64,000 nt of DNA from Octopus sinensis (lineage: Eukaryota). Both the position numbers and the translations under genes were made by a program. This document shows, in pieces, positions 11,659 through 24,232 of this stretch. A model generated the notes under the pieces. It saw only the letters and a list, made by a program, of their open reading frames with translations. It did not search any database and was not told where the DNA came from. Positions within the stretch are counted from its first letter, which is position 1; each line of letters starts with the position of its first letter. Where the stretch lies: positions 6,820,001-6,884,000 of the forward strand of contig NC_043012.1 in the NCBI RefSeq assembly GCF_006345805.1, in the 5' to 3' direction.

Positions 11659-12010
11659 TATACCACCCATTCATCTATCTTTACGTTCTGAGTTCAAATT
11701 CTGCCTAGGTCGACTTTGCTTTTCATCCTTTCGGGGTCAATAAATTAAGTATCAGTTGCATACTAGGGTTGGTCTAATTGACAGGCCCTCTTTCCAAAAA
11801 TTTTAGGCCTTGTGCCTAGAGTAGAAAAGATTACATATACCACCCATTCATCTGTCTTTACGTTCTGGGTTCAAATTCTGCCGAGGTCGATTTTGCTTTT
11901 CATCCTTTCAGGGTCAATAAATTAAGTACCAGTTGTGTATTGGGGTCAATGTAATTGACTGGGTCCCTCCCCAAAAATTTTAGGCCTTGTGCCTAGAGTA
12001 GAAAAGAATA
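11659..12010 (+). repeat. Local tandem duplication (177-bp period) of a 5'-truncated SINE B plus its flank
   Basis: Both units start with TATACCACCCATTCATCT (11659 and 11836). Confidence 0.8.
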
Positions 12011-12344
12011 TCTATGCCATCTGTGGACAGGCTTATAAAACTCAAAAAACAAACAGTGCTGGTCCATGGCTTTCATAAACATTCTTTCAAGGTCAGAGTT
12101 GTCAAAACATGGAATAAACTACTTACATCAAGTTAGATGTCAGGACATCTAAATCCTTCAAAAATTCTATACTTCTTGAAATATATCAACACTACTGACA
12201 TGCCACTTCATCCTTTCCTCCATATGTCACTTTTTACTGGTCACTTTTCTATCATCTCCTCTTGTATCCTGTGTACGGGTCATGTATTTTTGGCTATCAT
12301 CGCTGTCTGGTCTTGCTGCTTTTTGATCTTTTTAGTTCTTTTTT

Positions 12345-12757
12345 TGTTTTAGTCATTTGACTGTGGCCATGCTGGAGTATTGCCTTTAGTCGAACAAATC
12401 GACCCCAGGACTTATTGTTTGTAAGCCTAGTACTTATTCTATCGGCCTCTTTTGCCAAACCACTAAGTTACGGGGATGTAAACACACCAACATCGGTTGT
12501 CAAGCGATGGTGGGGGGGACAAACACAGACACACAAACACAAACACACACGCACACACACACACACACACAAACATGCACACACACACACATACACTTTC
12601 GATGTGCTTCTTTCAGTTTCTATCTTCCAAATTCACTCACAAAGCTTTGGTCAACCCGGGGCTATAATAGAAGACACTTGCCCAAGGTGCCATGCAGTGG
12701 GACTGAACCGGGAACCATGTGTTTGGTAAGCAAGCTACTTACCACACAGCCACTCCT
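12345..12757 (-). mobile_element. SINE family A, full length
   Basis: Complete copy from the TTTAGTCATTTGACTG tail to the CCACACAGCCACTCC head. Confidence 0.9.
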
Positions 12758-13584
12758 GTGTCACAGATTACGAATTTTTTTCCAATGTTGTTCTAATTGT
12801 TTTCAAATTTGATTATTCCAATTTACTTCTGTCTGCTAATTATGAAAATGAAATTCATTTTTGCCATAAATTAATAACTAAAATGTCAAAAGCTTTTAAA
12901 GTTTTCAAAATTTGGGTAATTTTAGCTAATCAGGTCATAGGAACATAAACCTCCTTCCACCAAAAGATAGCTTAAACTGTGCTCTAAATGGAGGTGTAGT
13001 CAAATCCTATTTTATCGACTCAACCATGTTCTAAAATTAGTCGAAAGGTAAGCTACTATAAATCGGCACAATCTTTCTAGACAACCCAATATTATTATTG
13101 TTGTTGTTGTTATCAGTTTGTTCAATCAGGCCTGACTTTGAGCTGAACAACAAAAACTACAACAATAACATAAAGAACAGCAATAAAAATATCTCCATAT
13201 CTCCTTGAGCAATCAGTCATACTGTGTTTAATTAACAAACATCGACTTAGATCTGACAAAATAAATATTGTTGATCGCTTGACAACTTGGATAGAAATCC
13301 AAAGATTTTAGCACCGATTTACCTGGCTTCTTAGAGAATAGAGAATCTTGTCTTTTGCTTCCATGAAATCTAAGTTGCCAAACAACTCAATACCAACACT
13401 TATATGTTCCTTTCATTGGAATTTCCCAGAACTTGTCAGGAAATGAAAGAACAGAAAATACCTATTTATCTATTTTGGTGGTGGTGGTCATGATGGTGTT
13501 GTTTCTTTGTCTGTTTATCTAAAATCATGATTCCTTTATATTGCGGTAAAGGAAGATATTTTAGCTATTCAAAAACACACAAGG

Positions 13585-13661
13585 TGTTGCAATGTATTTC
13601 GATATATATATATATATATATGTATGTATATGTATATATCTACAAATCTATCTATATATAC

Positions 13662-13716
<55 letters not shown>

Positions 13717-13770
13717 TTTTATATAATATATATAATATATATATATATATATATAATATATATATATATA

Positions 13771-13812
<42 letters not shown>
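13585..13812. repeat. (TA)n-rich microsatellite
   Basis: Direct inspection. Confidence 0.95.
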
Positions 13813-13814
<2 letters not shown>

Positions 13815-13917
13815 ACAAGAAGGGTAGTAATATTATTTACTACCAGGTGCCCAGCACAAAAGACGAATTAGTCATAAGACAAAAATTATTCATATAGAAA
13901 AATATTATTCATGTAGT

Positions 13918-14017
13918 TATACAATTAAGGGCTCCTAAATAAAGATGCCGAGTGCTGGGAACACAAAAAGGGCCCTTTGTGTTCCCAGCACTCGGCATCT
14001 ATTTAGGAGCCCTAAAT

Positions 14018-14023
<6 letters not shown>
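13918..14023. repeat. ~105-bp spacerless palindrome centred on AAAGGG|CCCTTT (13972/13973)
   Basis: AGGGCTCCTAAAT(AA)AGATGCCGAGTGCTGGGAACAC(AA)AAAGGG versus CCCTTTGTGTTCCCAGCACTCGGCATCTATTTAGGAGCCCT. Confidence 0.9.
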
Positions 14024-14055
<32 letters not shown>

Positions 14056-14058
<3 letters not shown>

Positions 14059-14250
14059 GAAACCAAACAAAGAAGAACAAACAAGAGAAAAAACAACAAG
14101 GAGGACGTGTTACAAGTAATGAATTATCAGACACTCAGGAAGGGAAAGAAAGAGGATTTAATGTTTTGAGCAAAGATCTTCTTCAGAAAAAGAGGAAAGT
14201 CCTAAAGAAGAGAAGATGGAGGAAGAAAATCATCAACGATTCACACATGG
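14056..14250 (-). mobile_element. Penelope-like pLTR remnant with a decayed hammerhead core
   Basis: Minus strand TTTTT-CTGAAGA(14186-14180)-A-GATC-TTT-GCTC-AAAAC-ATT-AAA. Confidence 0.45.
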
Positions 14251-14319
14251 TTACATTATATATGTGTGTATGTGTGTGTATATCAATATATATGTATATA
14301 ATGTGTGTGTGCAAACCAC

Positions 14320-14525
14320 CCACTACACTCTGCTGAGTGGTTGGTTTTAGGAAGGCCATCCAACTGTAGAAACCTTGCCAGATCAAGATTGGAGCCTGGT
14401 GCAGCTTTCTGGCTTGCCAGTCCTAAGTCAAACCGTCCAACCCATGCCAGAACGGAAAGCAGACGTTAAACAATTACAACGATGATGACGACGACGATAA
14501 TGATGATGATGATAATGACGATGAC
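14320..14525 (+). mobile_element. RTE 3' terminus (family C)
   Basis: GGAAGGCCATCCAACTGTAGAAAC...AACCCATGCCAG...GACGTTAAA followed by a (GAT)n-like tail. Confidence 0.75.
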
Positions 14526-14746
14526 AATTTAATATTTTGGACTAACGGGTATATGTCGAATGGTGTGTTGCAGTATTGAGTAAAGTATTGCTACAGCTTG
14601 GGCCTACCTGGTGTCATCTGCAGTCGGGGTATATTACCATTGGATCTACTTCAGCAACTTCCGCAGTATTAGTTGAGAAACTAACAGCCAGAAGATGGAT
14701 TTGGTATTAATCTTCATTTTGTACAGCAATTGTTGTAGCAAGATGG

Positions 14747-14782
<36 letters not shown>

Positions 14783-14785
<3 letters not shown>

Positions 14786-15090
14786 ATCACGTGATCACGT
14801 GACCGACCAGACCATCAGATGTTGTTACACATCGCTGGTCACAATGCGTTCGCACTGTTTTAGACTTCAAATGACGCCACCCCGCTGGCTAAGAGAGCAG
14901 GCCAACAGAAGAAAAAGAGAAAGAGTGGTGAAAGAGTACAGCAGGGATCACCCCCCTCCCCTGCAGAAGCCTCGTGGAGCTTTTAGGTGTTTTTCGCTCA
15001 ATAAACACTCACAACGCCCGGTCTGGGAATTGATCCGCGATCCTATGACCACAAGTTCGCTGCCCTAACCACTAGGCCATTGCACCTCCG
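14783..15090 (-). mobile_element. SINE family D
   Basis: Reverse complement of 7983-8245; ends in the palindromic TATCACGTGATCACGTGA. Confidence 0.85.
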
Positions 15091-15118
15091 TGTGTGTTAT
15101 ATATGATGTTGATATCTT

Positions 15119-15290
15119 TGGAGGCACATGGTCTAGTATGACACTCAAGATCCTAAGATTATGGTTTTGATTCCTGGATTGGGTGACGCATTGTGTCGTT
15201 AAACAAAACACTTCATTTCATGCTGGTTCAGTCCACTCGTTAGGCAAAAATGAGTGATCCTGCAAAGGGCCAGTGTCTTACCATCTGGTG
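15119..15290 (+). mobile_element. tRNA-derived SINE family E (head plus CORE-like GTGTC.TT.A.CAA.ACACTT box)
   Basis: Related minus-strand copies at 35585-35860. Confidence 0.6.
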
Positions 15291-15429
15291 AGGGAGAGAG
15301 AGAGATGTATATATATATATGGCCCTTGGTGCATATGGCTCAGGAAGGACTTTTGATCTTTTTGATGTGGGTGTGGAAGATTTTGAGTAGTGGGGAGAGA
15401 AACAAATATATCATCATAATCAATATTCC

Positions 15430-15805
15430 TTTATTTGTTTCAGTCATTTGACTGTGGTCATGCTGGAGTACTGCCTTTAGTCAAACAAATTGGCCCCAGG
15501 ACTTATTCTTTGTAAGCCTAGTACTTATTCTATCGGTCTCTTTTGCCGAACTGCTAAGTTACAGGGATGTAAACATACCAAACATTAGATGTCAAGCAAT
15601 GGTGGGGACAAACACACTCACACACACACACACACACACAATATACGACGGGTTTCTTTCAGTTTTTGTCTACCAAATCCACTGACAAGGCTTTGGTCAC
15701 CCCAAGGCTATAGTAGAAGACACTTACCCAAGGTGCCATGCAGTGGAACTGAACTCAGAGTCATGTGGTTGGTAAGCAAGCTACTTACCACACAGCCATG
15801 CCTGC
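15430..15805 (-). mobile_element. SINE family A
   Basis: Homology to 12345-12757. Confidence 0.9.
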
Positions 15806-15835
15806 ATCTATGATTAACATTATTATAATGTTCCC

Positions 15836-16295
15836 TAAGGCAGTGAGGTGGCAGAATCGTTAGCACACCTGGTAAAATATTTTGTGGAATTTCGTCCGTC
15901 TTTATGTACTGAGTTCAAATTCCGCCAGAGTTGACTTTGCCTTTCATCCATTTAGCATCGATAAAATAAGTGCCAGTTGAACACTTGAGTTGATGTAATC
16001 AACTGTCCCCTCCCCCAAATTGACTTTCCCCCACCCCAAAATTTCTGACCTAATGTCTGTAATTATCATAATGTCCACTAAGGCGGCAAGCTGGCGGAAG
16101 CATTAGCATGCTGGACAAAATGCTTAATAGCATTTTGTCCATCTTTACATCCTGAGTTCAAATTCTGCTAAAGCTGACTTTGCTTTTCATCCTTCCAGGG
16201 TCAATGAAATTGGTATCAGTTACATATTGGGGTTAATATAATCGAATAGCCCCTCCCATCAAATTTCAGGCCTTGTATCTTTAGTAGAAAGGATT
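15836..16295 (+). mobile_element. Two head-to-tail SINE family B copies
   Basis: AAGGC(A/G)G..AG.TGGC.GAA heads at ~15836 and ~16080. Confidence 0.8.
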
Positions 16296-16849
16296 TTTAT
16301 AATGTCCACTTTTCCATGCTTTCATGGGTCAAGAATCATTTGGCAAAACAGATTTTCTTAAGGCTGGATGCCCTTCCTGTCACTAACCCTTACCTGTATT
16401 CAAGCAAGGTCATAATTTCCAAGTCTGTTAAACAATGGACAACCTAAACCTAGTTGCTAGCCTCTTTGTTTGCAAAGATCATGCCGCATGTCTAGACATG
16501 CCAGAAGGCCTTGACATGCTTTGACAGTTAATTGCAAGCATACAACGCTACTTTATTGATAACAAGGTAGTGTCGTTCTTTTTATTACAGTCAGTGAACA
16601 CATATAAGGACAACACAATGCAAACTTACACAAACACAGGAATACACACACACACACACACACACTCACACACACACACACACACGCATTCATCCTTTCA
16701 TAGATGCATATACATGCATGCATATATACACCTGCTGCTTCATATCTATTATTTCTGGAGCAACTGGATACATACCAGCCTGCCTGGTGTAGGGTATGGT
16801 AATTCGGGGGAGAATGCAACTCCTTAATTCACAAACTAAAAATGATCAT

Positions 16850-17706
16850 GATACCTTCCTTCCTTCTTGTGACACTTGTGAAGACCTGTGAAGACCTGTT
16901 GAGGCAAGTGAAAATCAAATCAAATCAAATCAAAATAGATGAACATCAATGGAATTTGTATCTTTGTGGTACCAGTGCCGGTGGCACACAAGAAAACCAT
17001 CCGAACGTGGCCGTAGCCAGTACCGCATCGACTGGCCTCCGTGCTGTGGGCATGTAACAAACACCATCCGTTCGCCAGCCTCATCTGGCACCTGTGTCGG
17101 TGGCACATAAAAACACCATCCGAAGACCCGGCAAGACTAGTCAGGCCATAACCCGTGGCCCCTACCTGGGACGTAGTCAGTCCACCTGTGCATACCTTCC
17201 TTCTTGTGACACTTGTGAAGACCTGTTGAGGCAAGTGAAAATCAAATCAAAACAAATCAAAATAGATGAACATCAATGGAAAATCATCCGAACGTGAACG
17301 TGGCCGTAGCCAGTACCACATAGACTGGCCTCCGTGCTTTGGGGACGTAACAAACACCATCCGATCGTGGCCGTCTGCCAGCCTCATCTGGCACCTGTGT
17401 CGGTGGCACATAAAAACACCATCCGAGCGTGGCCGTCTGCCAGCCTCGTCTGGCACCTGTGTCGGTGGCACATAAAAACACCATCCGAGCATGGCCGTTC
17501 GCCAGCCTCGTCTGGCACCTGTGTCGGTGGCACATAAAATCACCCTCTACACTCTCGGAGTGGTTGGCGTTAGGAAGGGCATCCAGCTGTAGAAACACTG
17601 CCAGATCTGACTGGCCTGGTGCAGCCTTCGGGCTCCCCAGACCCCAGTTGAACCGTCCAACCCATGCTAGCATGGAAAACGGACGCTAAATGATGATGAT
17701 GATGAT
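16850..17706 (+). mobile_element. RTE 3'UTR with an internal ~340-bp duplication and a 62-bp tandem subrepeat
   Basis: ATACCTTCCTTC at 16851 and 17192; ACCATCCG unit at 17356, 17418 and 17480; ends CGGACGCTAAA(TGA)n. Confidence 0.85.
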
Positions 17707-17859
17707 ATCTGAGACAATGTAAAAATCTGCAAGACTTTCTCGGGATTTAAAGGATGAGGAACAAAACAAGATGCTCTCCTTTTCAATCTTGCCATCATGC
17801 AGGTGGACAGCCAAAAACTAATTTTAAATTAAAAAGAGAAAAACAATACATACATACAT

Positions 17860-18365
17860 AAATATATACATACATACATGACATGACATGACAGCCACAT
17901 CCTCGTTACATGAGAAAAACCATTGTCAAGAAGACTTACTGAAATGATTCATGACTGTTGCCATGTGATACCCGTATATGACTTTTAAGCCTGGCCAAGC
18001 TTTGACACATTTTATTACATACTAGACAACTGTGCTGGCTGGCAGGAGAAACAGGTTCCACCATATGCACTCTCTTAACATGTCTTTTTAGACCTCCAAC
18101 TGAGAGGCACTCCCTTCCACATTTTGCACACGTTCTGTTATGCATTTTAATAGCCACATCATTGTTTATCATGGGGCGATTTCTATGAGAATTTTGATGG
18201 CTCACCAGGCCTGCACAACTCAAACCACACACATAAAAAGCAACACTTTCTCACTCTCCACAGGTTCCCCCCTTCTAAACCCCCTCCAACATGCACTGTC
18301 TTCCTCCATCCATCATGGTCTTGTGCCTCCCGCTCCCAATTACCAGCTGCAGTTCCTGTCTGTAT
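17860..18365 (-). mobile_element. RTE (BovB-like) LINE 3' fragment with C-terminal C2H2 zinc fingers
   Basis: WEREAQDHDGWRKTVH (RTE W..LA.DR..WR motif), then CGLSCAGLVSHQNSH, CAKCGRECLSVGGLKRHVKRVH and CLVCNKMCQSLARLKSHIRVSH; (CATGT)/(TATG) tail. Confidence 0.7.
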
Positions 18366-18614
18366 TAGAGCACTTTTACATACATACATACATAAATACA
18401 TACATACACAAATACATATATACATATTATACAATTCTTTCTCTCAAACTCACCTTGTTCCTCAACCTCAAATCTCTCTATCTCTCTTCAGCAAGACACC
18501 TGCCACTACCCTTCTGTCCTAGTTTCTTATCCTTCCATTTTGTATCCCAATCAGTTGAAGGGTCCTGTGTAGGTAACCTCACTGTTGATGGTGCCACATA
18601 GAGACAGCCAGTAC

Positions 18615-18990
18615 AGTCTGTGAAGTGGTTGGCATTAGGAAGGGCATCCAACTGCAGAAACCATACCAAAACAGATGTAGAATCTGGTACAACCCTCTAG
18701 CTTGTCTGTTCTTGTTGAACCATCCAACCCATGCCAGCATGGGAAAATGGAATGTTACATGATGATGATGATGATGATGATGATGTGCATTTGTCTGTTC
18801 TTGTCAGACCTGTCCAGGCCCCAATTTTGGTATGGCTTCTATGTTTTGGTATTGTTTCTATGGCTGGATGCCCTTCCTAATATCAACTACTTTATTTACA
18901 GAATGTGCTGGGTGCCTTTTACGTGGCACTGGCACTAATGCCAGTGTTGCCTGACTGGCACCCATGACATGGCACATTAAAAACACCATT
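18615..18990. mobile_element. Two family C RTE tails, tail to tail (+ then -)
   Basis: GGAAGGGCATCCA on + at ~18640; GGATGCCCTTCC at ~18866; (GAT)n between them. Confidence 0.65.
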
Positions 18991-19289
18991 GGCTTTTTAG
19001 AACAAATAAGAAAAATAGAACTTACTAGATGAGTAAATATATTTTTATTATTTATAATCAGGTAAGGCAGAACCATTGACATGCCAGGCAAAGTGTTAAG
19101 CAGAATTTTTTTCTGTCTTTACATTCTGAGACCAAATTCCTCAGAGGTTGACTTTGCCTTTCATCCTTTTGGGGTTGATCCTTTTGGGATTGATAAAATA
19201 GGTACCAGTCGAGTACTAGGATCAATGTAATCAAATAGACTCCTCCCCCAAATTTCCAGCCTTGAGCTTCTAGTAGAGAGGATTATTTT

Positions 19290-19640
19290 GTGCTATCTGA
19301 CTGGCACTTCTGCTAGTGGCACGTAAAAAGCACCATTTGAGCATGGCTGATGCCAGTGCTGTCTGACTGGCACCCATGCCATGGCACATAAAATGCACCA
19401 TTTGAGCATGGTTGATGCCAGTGCCGCCTGAGTGGCACCTGTGCTCGTGGCCCATAAAAAGTACCATTCGAGCATGGTAATTTTTGTGGTTGGCATTAGG
19501 AAGGGCATCAGGCTGTAGAAATCTTGCCAAATTAGACTGGAACGTGGTGCAGCCACACAGCCTACCAGCTCTAGTCAGACCATCTAACCCATGCCAGCAT
19601 GGAAAGTGGACGTTAAACGACGATGATGATGAGGATGATG
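19290..19640 (+). mobile_element. RTE 3'UTR with tandem AAGCACCATTTGAGCATGG subrepeats
   Basis: Three diverged units, then the family C terminus and (GAT)n. Confidence 0.75.
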
Positions 19641-20029
19641 AGATGAAGCAGCGAGCTGTCAGAATCTTGAGCATGCCAGGCAAGAATGCTCAGCAGCATT
19701 TGATCCATCTTTATGTTCTGAGTTCAAACTCCGTTGAGGTCAACTTTGGCTTTCACCCTTTGGGGTTTGTTACGATAAGTACTAGTTAAGTATTTCCTTG
19801 AAATTGCTGGCCTTGTGCTAAAAATTGAAACCATAATTTGTTATCAGCAGAAAGTTATGAAAATAACTCAAGGGCCAAGAAATTCGTGTATCACACTTAC
19901 CAAACTTCACAAGAGCCATCTATTAAACTAATGGCCCTTGATCCACTTCTAGAATTTTCTGCTGAATATGAACATAAGAGCACATAATCACTCAGACACA
20001 CTCACAGAAATATACACATTTGTTTGCAG

Positions 20030-20032
20030 ACT

Positions 20033-20064
<32 letters not shown>

Positions 20065-20909
20065 CAACACACACACACACACACACATTAATGTTTGTAT
20101 CCCTACTCGAAGGTGACAAGCTGGCAGAAATGTTAGTACACCGGGCGAAATGATTGGCGGTATTTCGTCTCATTACGTTCTGAGTTCAAATTCCACCAAG
20201 GTCGACTTTGCCTTTCCTTCTTTCAGAGTCGATAAATTAAGTACCAGTCGGCTACTGGGGTCAGTCTAATTGACTGGCCATCCCCCCAAAAAAATTTCGG
20301 GCCTTGTGCCTAGAGCAGAAAAGAATATTGTTAAGGCGGTGAGCTGGCAGAAACGTTAGCATGCCGAGCAAAATGCTTAACAGTGTTTCGTCTGTTTTTA
20401 TGCTTTGAGTTCAAATTCCACTGAGGTCGACTTTGCCGTTCATCCTTTCAGGGTCGGTAAATTTAGTACCAGTCGAGTACTGGGGTCGATCTAATTGATT
20501 GGCCCCCTACCCCAAAATTTCAGGCCTTGAGCCTAGAGTAGAAAAGAATATTTATACACTCACACACACACACAAAATAACACGTAGATGCATTCAAGCA
20601 CACAGAGTCATACATACGTTTGCCAGTCTCCACTGATATTGTGTCAGCCTGACATACATTCCCAAGTTGTCCAATGCATGACAGAGGAATTTCAATGTCC
20701 TATATAATTAGAAGAAACATCTCACTCAATTATACACCATTCAGTCTAGAACTTTCCATTATAGAATGCAAAAATTCCCCCCTCCCGCTCACACACTTAC
20801 CCACATGCCCACACATAAACACGTGCACACTCTCTCACACATAAAGTGCACGTGCTTTCGTAGATACGTGCATGCACTTGTAAAAGATTCATAATTCAAA
20901 AATTTAGAA

Positions 20910-20951
<42 letters not shown>

Positions 20952-21305
20952 TCTAATGTGGATATATACATATGAATGTGCATCTATGTATGCATACCTA
21001 TGCATATATTCATATATGCTTGTTTGTGTCTCTATATAAGTATGTATGTACATTTATTTATATGTGCGTGTGTGGGTGGGTGTGTGGGTGGGTGGTTGTA
21101 TGTGTAAATATTAATATGCATGCTGATAATGGATTTAGGAAGAATATTTCTCAGCCATCATTTGGAATATCTCTGGTTTAATAGCTACTCAACTAAAAAC
21201 ATCAGGGAATTCTTCAGGACAGAAATTCTTCTACCAGCAACATCAACAAGGCAAATTTATTGATATATATATATATATATATATACATATATGCACACAC
21301 ACACA

Positions 21306-21338
<33 letters not shown>

Positions 21339-22180
21339 CACACACACACACACACACATTAATGTTTGTATCCCTACTCGAAGGTGACAAGCTGGCAGAA
21401 ATGTTAGTACACCGGGCGAAATGATTGGCGGTATTTCGTCTCATTACGTTCTGAGTTCAAATTCCACCAAGGTCGACTTTGCCTTTCCTTCTTTCAGAGT
21501 CGATAAATTAAGTACCAGTCGGCTACTGGGGTCAGTCTAATTGACTGGCCATCCCCCCAAAAAAATTTCGGGCCTTGTGCCTAGAGCAGAAAAGAATATT
21601 GTTAAGGCGGTGAGCTGGCAGAAACGTTAGCATGCCGAGCAAAATGCTTAACAGTGTTTCGTCTGTTTTTATGCTTTGAGTTCAAATTCCACTGAGGTCG
21701 ACTTTGCCGTTCATCCTTTCAGGGTCGGTAAATTTAGTACCAGTCGAGTACTGGGGTCGATCTAATTGATTGGCCCCCTACCCCAAAATTTCAGGCCTTG
21801 AGCCTAGAGTAGAAAAGAATATTTATACACTCACACACACACACAAAATAACACGTAGATGCATTCAAGCACACAGAGTCATACATACGTTTGCCAGTCT
21901 CCACTGATATTGTGTCAGCCTGACATACATTCCCAAGTTGTCCAATGCATGACAGAGGAATTTCAATGTCCTATATAATTAGAAGAAACATCTCACTCAA
22001 TTATACACCATTCAGTCTAGAACTTTCCATTATAGAATGCAAAAATTCCCCCCTCCCGCTCACACACTTACCCACATGCCCACACATAAACACGTGCACA
22101 CTCTCTCACACATAAAGTGCACGTGCTTTCGTAGATACGTGCATGCACTTGTAAAAGATTCATAATTCAAAAATTTAGAA

Positions 22181-22222
<42 letters not shown>

Positions 22223-22535
22223 TTCTAATGTGGATATATACATATGAATGTGCATCTATGTATGCATACCTATGCATATATTCATATATGCTTGTTTGTG
22301 TCTCTATATAAGTATGTATGTACATTTATTTATATGTGCGTGTGTGGGTGGGTGTGTGGGTGGGTGGTTGTATGTGTAAATAATTAATATGCATGCTGAT
22401 AATGGATTTAGGAAGAATATTTCTCAGCCATCATTTGGAATATCTCTGGTTTAATAGCTACTCAACTAAAAACATCAGGGAATTCTTCAGGACAGAAATT
22501 CTTCTACCAGCAACATCAACAAGGCAAATTTATTG

Positions 22536-22566
<31 letters not shown>

Positions 22567-22580
22567 TGCACACACACACA

Positions 22581-22600
<20 letters not shown>
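20030..22600. repeat. Near-perfect tandem duplication, ~1271-1273 bp period (each unit contains two SINE B copies)
   Basis: ATGTTTGTATCCCTACTCG at 20091 and 21362; GCAAATTTAT at 21251 and 22524. By eye I see only two 1-nt indels. Confidence 0.95.
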
Positions 22601-22623
<23 letters not shown>

Positions 22624-22656
22624 CAATAAATAAATATATACATACATATATGTATG

Positions 22657-22694
<38 letters not shown>

Positions 22695-23607
22695 CATACA
22701 CACATGCATACATGTATGTATATGCCTGTTTATTGATATGTGTGTGTGTGTGTATTATGGATAGGGTAACTTCATAGGTTAATGGATCTTTGAAATGTGG
22801 GTCAGGCGGTGCCGGGGGAAGTAAGAATAAAATAATTATAGAAAAGGAAAAATAAAAAATTTCAAAAATGTATTAAATAAAATCAATAACGGAATTCACA
22901 ATTCCTCAGTGTATTTGACAGTGATGACGATGACGACAATGATGATGATGATGATGGTTGTGATGGAACAAAAGGGAGGAATAATGGTCCCTGTTGATGC
23001 TTTTAGAAATGGCAAACAGTTGGGTCTTTTCAACAAGGGGTGTTCCCCCACAAAACAGGGAGCCTATACAAATGTAATTTCCTAGTTCGGAAATTTCTCA
23101 TAGCTACAGTTTCTAAATTTGATTGTTTCTAGTTAAGTCAGAAAGTATTTTGAATATTCTGTGGCTGCTGCTCTTGTTGTTGTTGTTGTTGTTCTCCTTG
23201 TTGTTGTGGCAGCAGCTGTTGTTGCTAAGTGCCAAGTCGCCTCTCATCAAGCAGACCAACGATCAAAGGCGTTCCAGCTGTGAATGTTCCATTCCATTAC
23301 ATCGTTCTTTTCCTTCCTTCCTCCTCCTCCGCCTCGCCTCCAGGCATGGTGCATCTAGGACAACATTATCCAATATGTTCCGCAGGAATTTGATTTAAGA
23401 GAGATTAGTCTGCTATTTCTAGCAGTCTGATTGACTGCATATAAATACGCCCCTATTGTTTTATATTTTTGTGTGGTGCAAGGAATGCATAATTATAAGA
23501 ATAAATGACAAATAAATATGATATATATATATATGTGTGTGTTTGTGTGTGTAATTTATGTTACATAGGTGTCTCTTTCTCTCTGTCTCTCTCCCTTACA
23601 TCTATCC

Positions 23608-23646
<39 letters not shown>

Positions 23647-23689
23647 AATCTATCTATCTATCTATCAATCTACTCTTTCATTTTTTACT

Positions 23690-23906
23690 CTTTTACTTGT
23701 TTCAGTCATTTGACTATGGCCATGCTGGAGCACTGCCTTTAGTTGAGCAAATCGACCCCAGTAAGCCTAGTACTTATTCTATCAGACTCTTTTGCTGAAC
23801 CGCTAAGTTACGGGTACATAAACAAACCAGCATCGTTTGTCAAGTGATGTTGGGGGGACAAACACAGACACACAAACATATACACACATGTATATATACA
23901 TATACA

Positions 23907-23960
<54 letters not shown>

Positions 23961-24120
23961 CGATGGGCTTCTTTCAGTTTCCGTCTACCAAATCCACTCA
24001 CAAGGCTTTAGTCGGCCCGAGGCTATAGTAGAAGACACTTGCCGAAGGTGCCATGCACTGGGACTGAACCGAGAACCATGTGGTTGGTAAGCAAGCTACT
24101 TATCACACAGCCATTCCTGC
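23690..24120 (-). mobile_element. SINE family A, full length
   Basis: Homology to other copies. Confidence 0.9.
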
Positions 24121-24184
24121 ACCTATCTATCTATCAATCTAGTTATCTATCTCTCTGTACCTCTATCTCTCGATTTATCTACTA

Positions 24185-24232
<48 letters not shown>

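Noticed and set aside
17356-17540. Regular 62-bp repeats superficially like a CRISPR array
   Set aside because: No unique spacers, eukaryotic context, and located inside an RTE 3'UTR.
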